A DNA stretch of 53,960 nt, taken from positions 1-53,960 of IMG/VR virus record IMGVR_UViG_3300042464_000289. One strand, given 5' to 3'. Below, piece after piece: positions 53,632-53,960 of this stretch. Source of the DNA: a virus (Duplodnaviria > Caudoviricetes). The first letter of the stretch is position 1; every line of letters starts with the position of its first letter. A program made the position numbers and the translations under genes. The notes beneath the pieces are model-generated. The model saw only the letters and a program-made list of their open reading frames with translations, was not told the origin of the DNA and searched no databases.

Positions 53632-53960
53632 AGTTTAGGAGGAAGGTTAGTAGAGCCTGTCTGCTCTGTTAGCGGGTAGCTAGGACTAGCGTAGGAAGCG
53701 TAGGCTATGTCTTTAGTGTAGTGTGTAGCTTCACCTGTAGCACCTGAAGAACTTCCTAACATAGCTACGCTAGTAGTCTTACCTGCTATGTCTTCGCCTG
53801 TTACTGTGATAGCTGAAGAACATTGTATAGCTAGCCAGTAGATACCAGGTTGTAACGTTATGTTTATAGTGCCTTCCTTCTCACCTGTAGTAGTGGTACT
53901 TATGTTACCGCTATTAGCTATAGGTGTGCCGTTAGGGACACCAGGGTTAGCAGGGTTAGA
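53616..53960 (-). CDS. Collagen-like fibre gene, 3' end
   Basis: In frame with 1-2819 across the join: ...AITVTGEDIAGK...TNLPPKLWLRL* (TAA at 53616-53618). Confidence 0.85.
   Translation of the reverse strand, partial: SNPANPGVPNGTPIANSGNISTTTTGEKEGTINITLQPGIYWLAIQCSSAITVTGEDIAGKTTSVAMLGSSSGATGEATHYTKDIAYASYASPSYPLTEQTGSTNLPPKLWLRL
53806..53960. repeat. Terminal direct repeat, right copy
   Basis: Matches 1-155 with one mismatch. Confidence 0.95.

Noticed and set aside
55-53638. The many plus-strand ORFs in the supplied track
   Set aside because: They are antisense shadows of minus-strand genes, Ser/Leu/Ala-rich, with no motifs or initiation signals.
1-53960. Stop-codon reassignment suggested by abundant 'tag' on the + strand
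   Set aside because: These are largely CTA Leu codons and other CTA words on the coding strand; standard code gives intact, densely packed genes and TAG stops abut downstream starts.

Overview
The window is an apparently complete, circularly closed ~53.8 kb tailed dsDNA phage genome: bases 1-155 are repeated at 53806-53960 with one mismatch, and one gene reads through the join. Essentially all credible genes are on the minus strand. It has (i) a virion block: terminase, Mu gp29-like portal, gpF, Mu-type protease/scaffold, lambda E/D-like capsid, gp36/gpG-like proteins, a siphovirus tail tube, a frameshifting tail chaperone, tape measure, unrecognised tail-tip proteins and a ~1000 aa collagen-like fibre missed by the ORF track; (ii) a replication block: SNF2 helicase, SSB-like protein, TOPRIM-MCM primase-helicase fusion, family A polymerase, ATP-dependent ligase and VRR-NUC nuclease; (iii) an early region of small genes behind repeated sigma70-like promoter/leader cassettes; (iv) a phage sigma factor, two DNA methyltransferases, a glycosyltransferase, a small-molecule methyltransferase and one CAU tRNA, probably Ile2. 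No integrase, transposase, repressor or classical endolysin was recognised. Strongest novelty candidates: a ~770 nt ORF-free, densely base-paired region heading the late operon; a membrane-protein cluster with a papain-like protease and a thioredoxin lipoprotein where lysis genes would be expected; a composite sigma54-like element in two inverted copies with identical spacing; and a genome-wide TA/CTAG and ATA-codon bias matched by the tRNA. A Planctomycetota-like host is only my inference. All family calls come from reading motifs by eye, with no database search.
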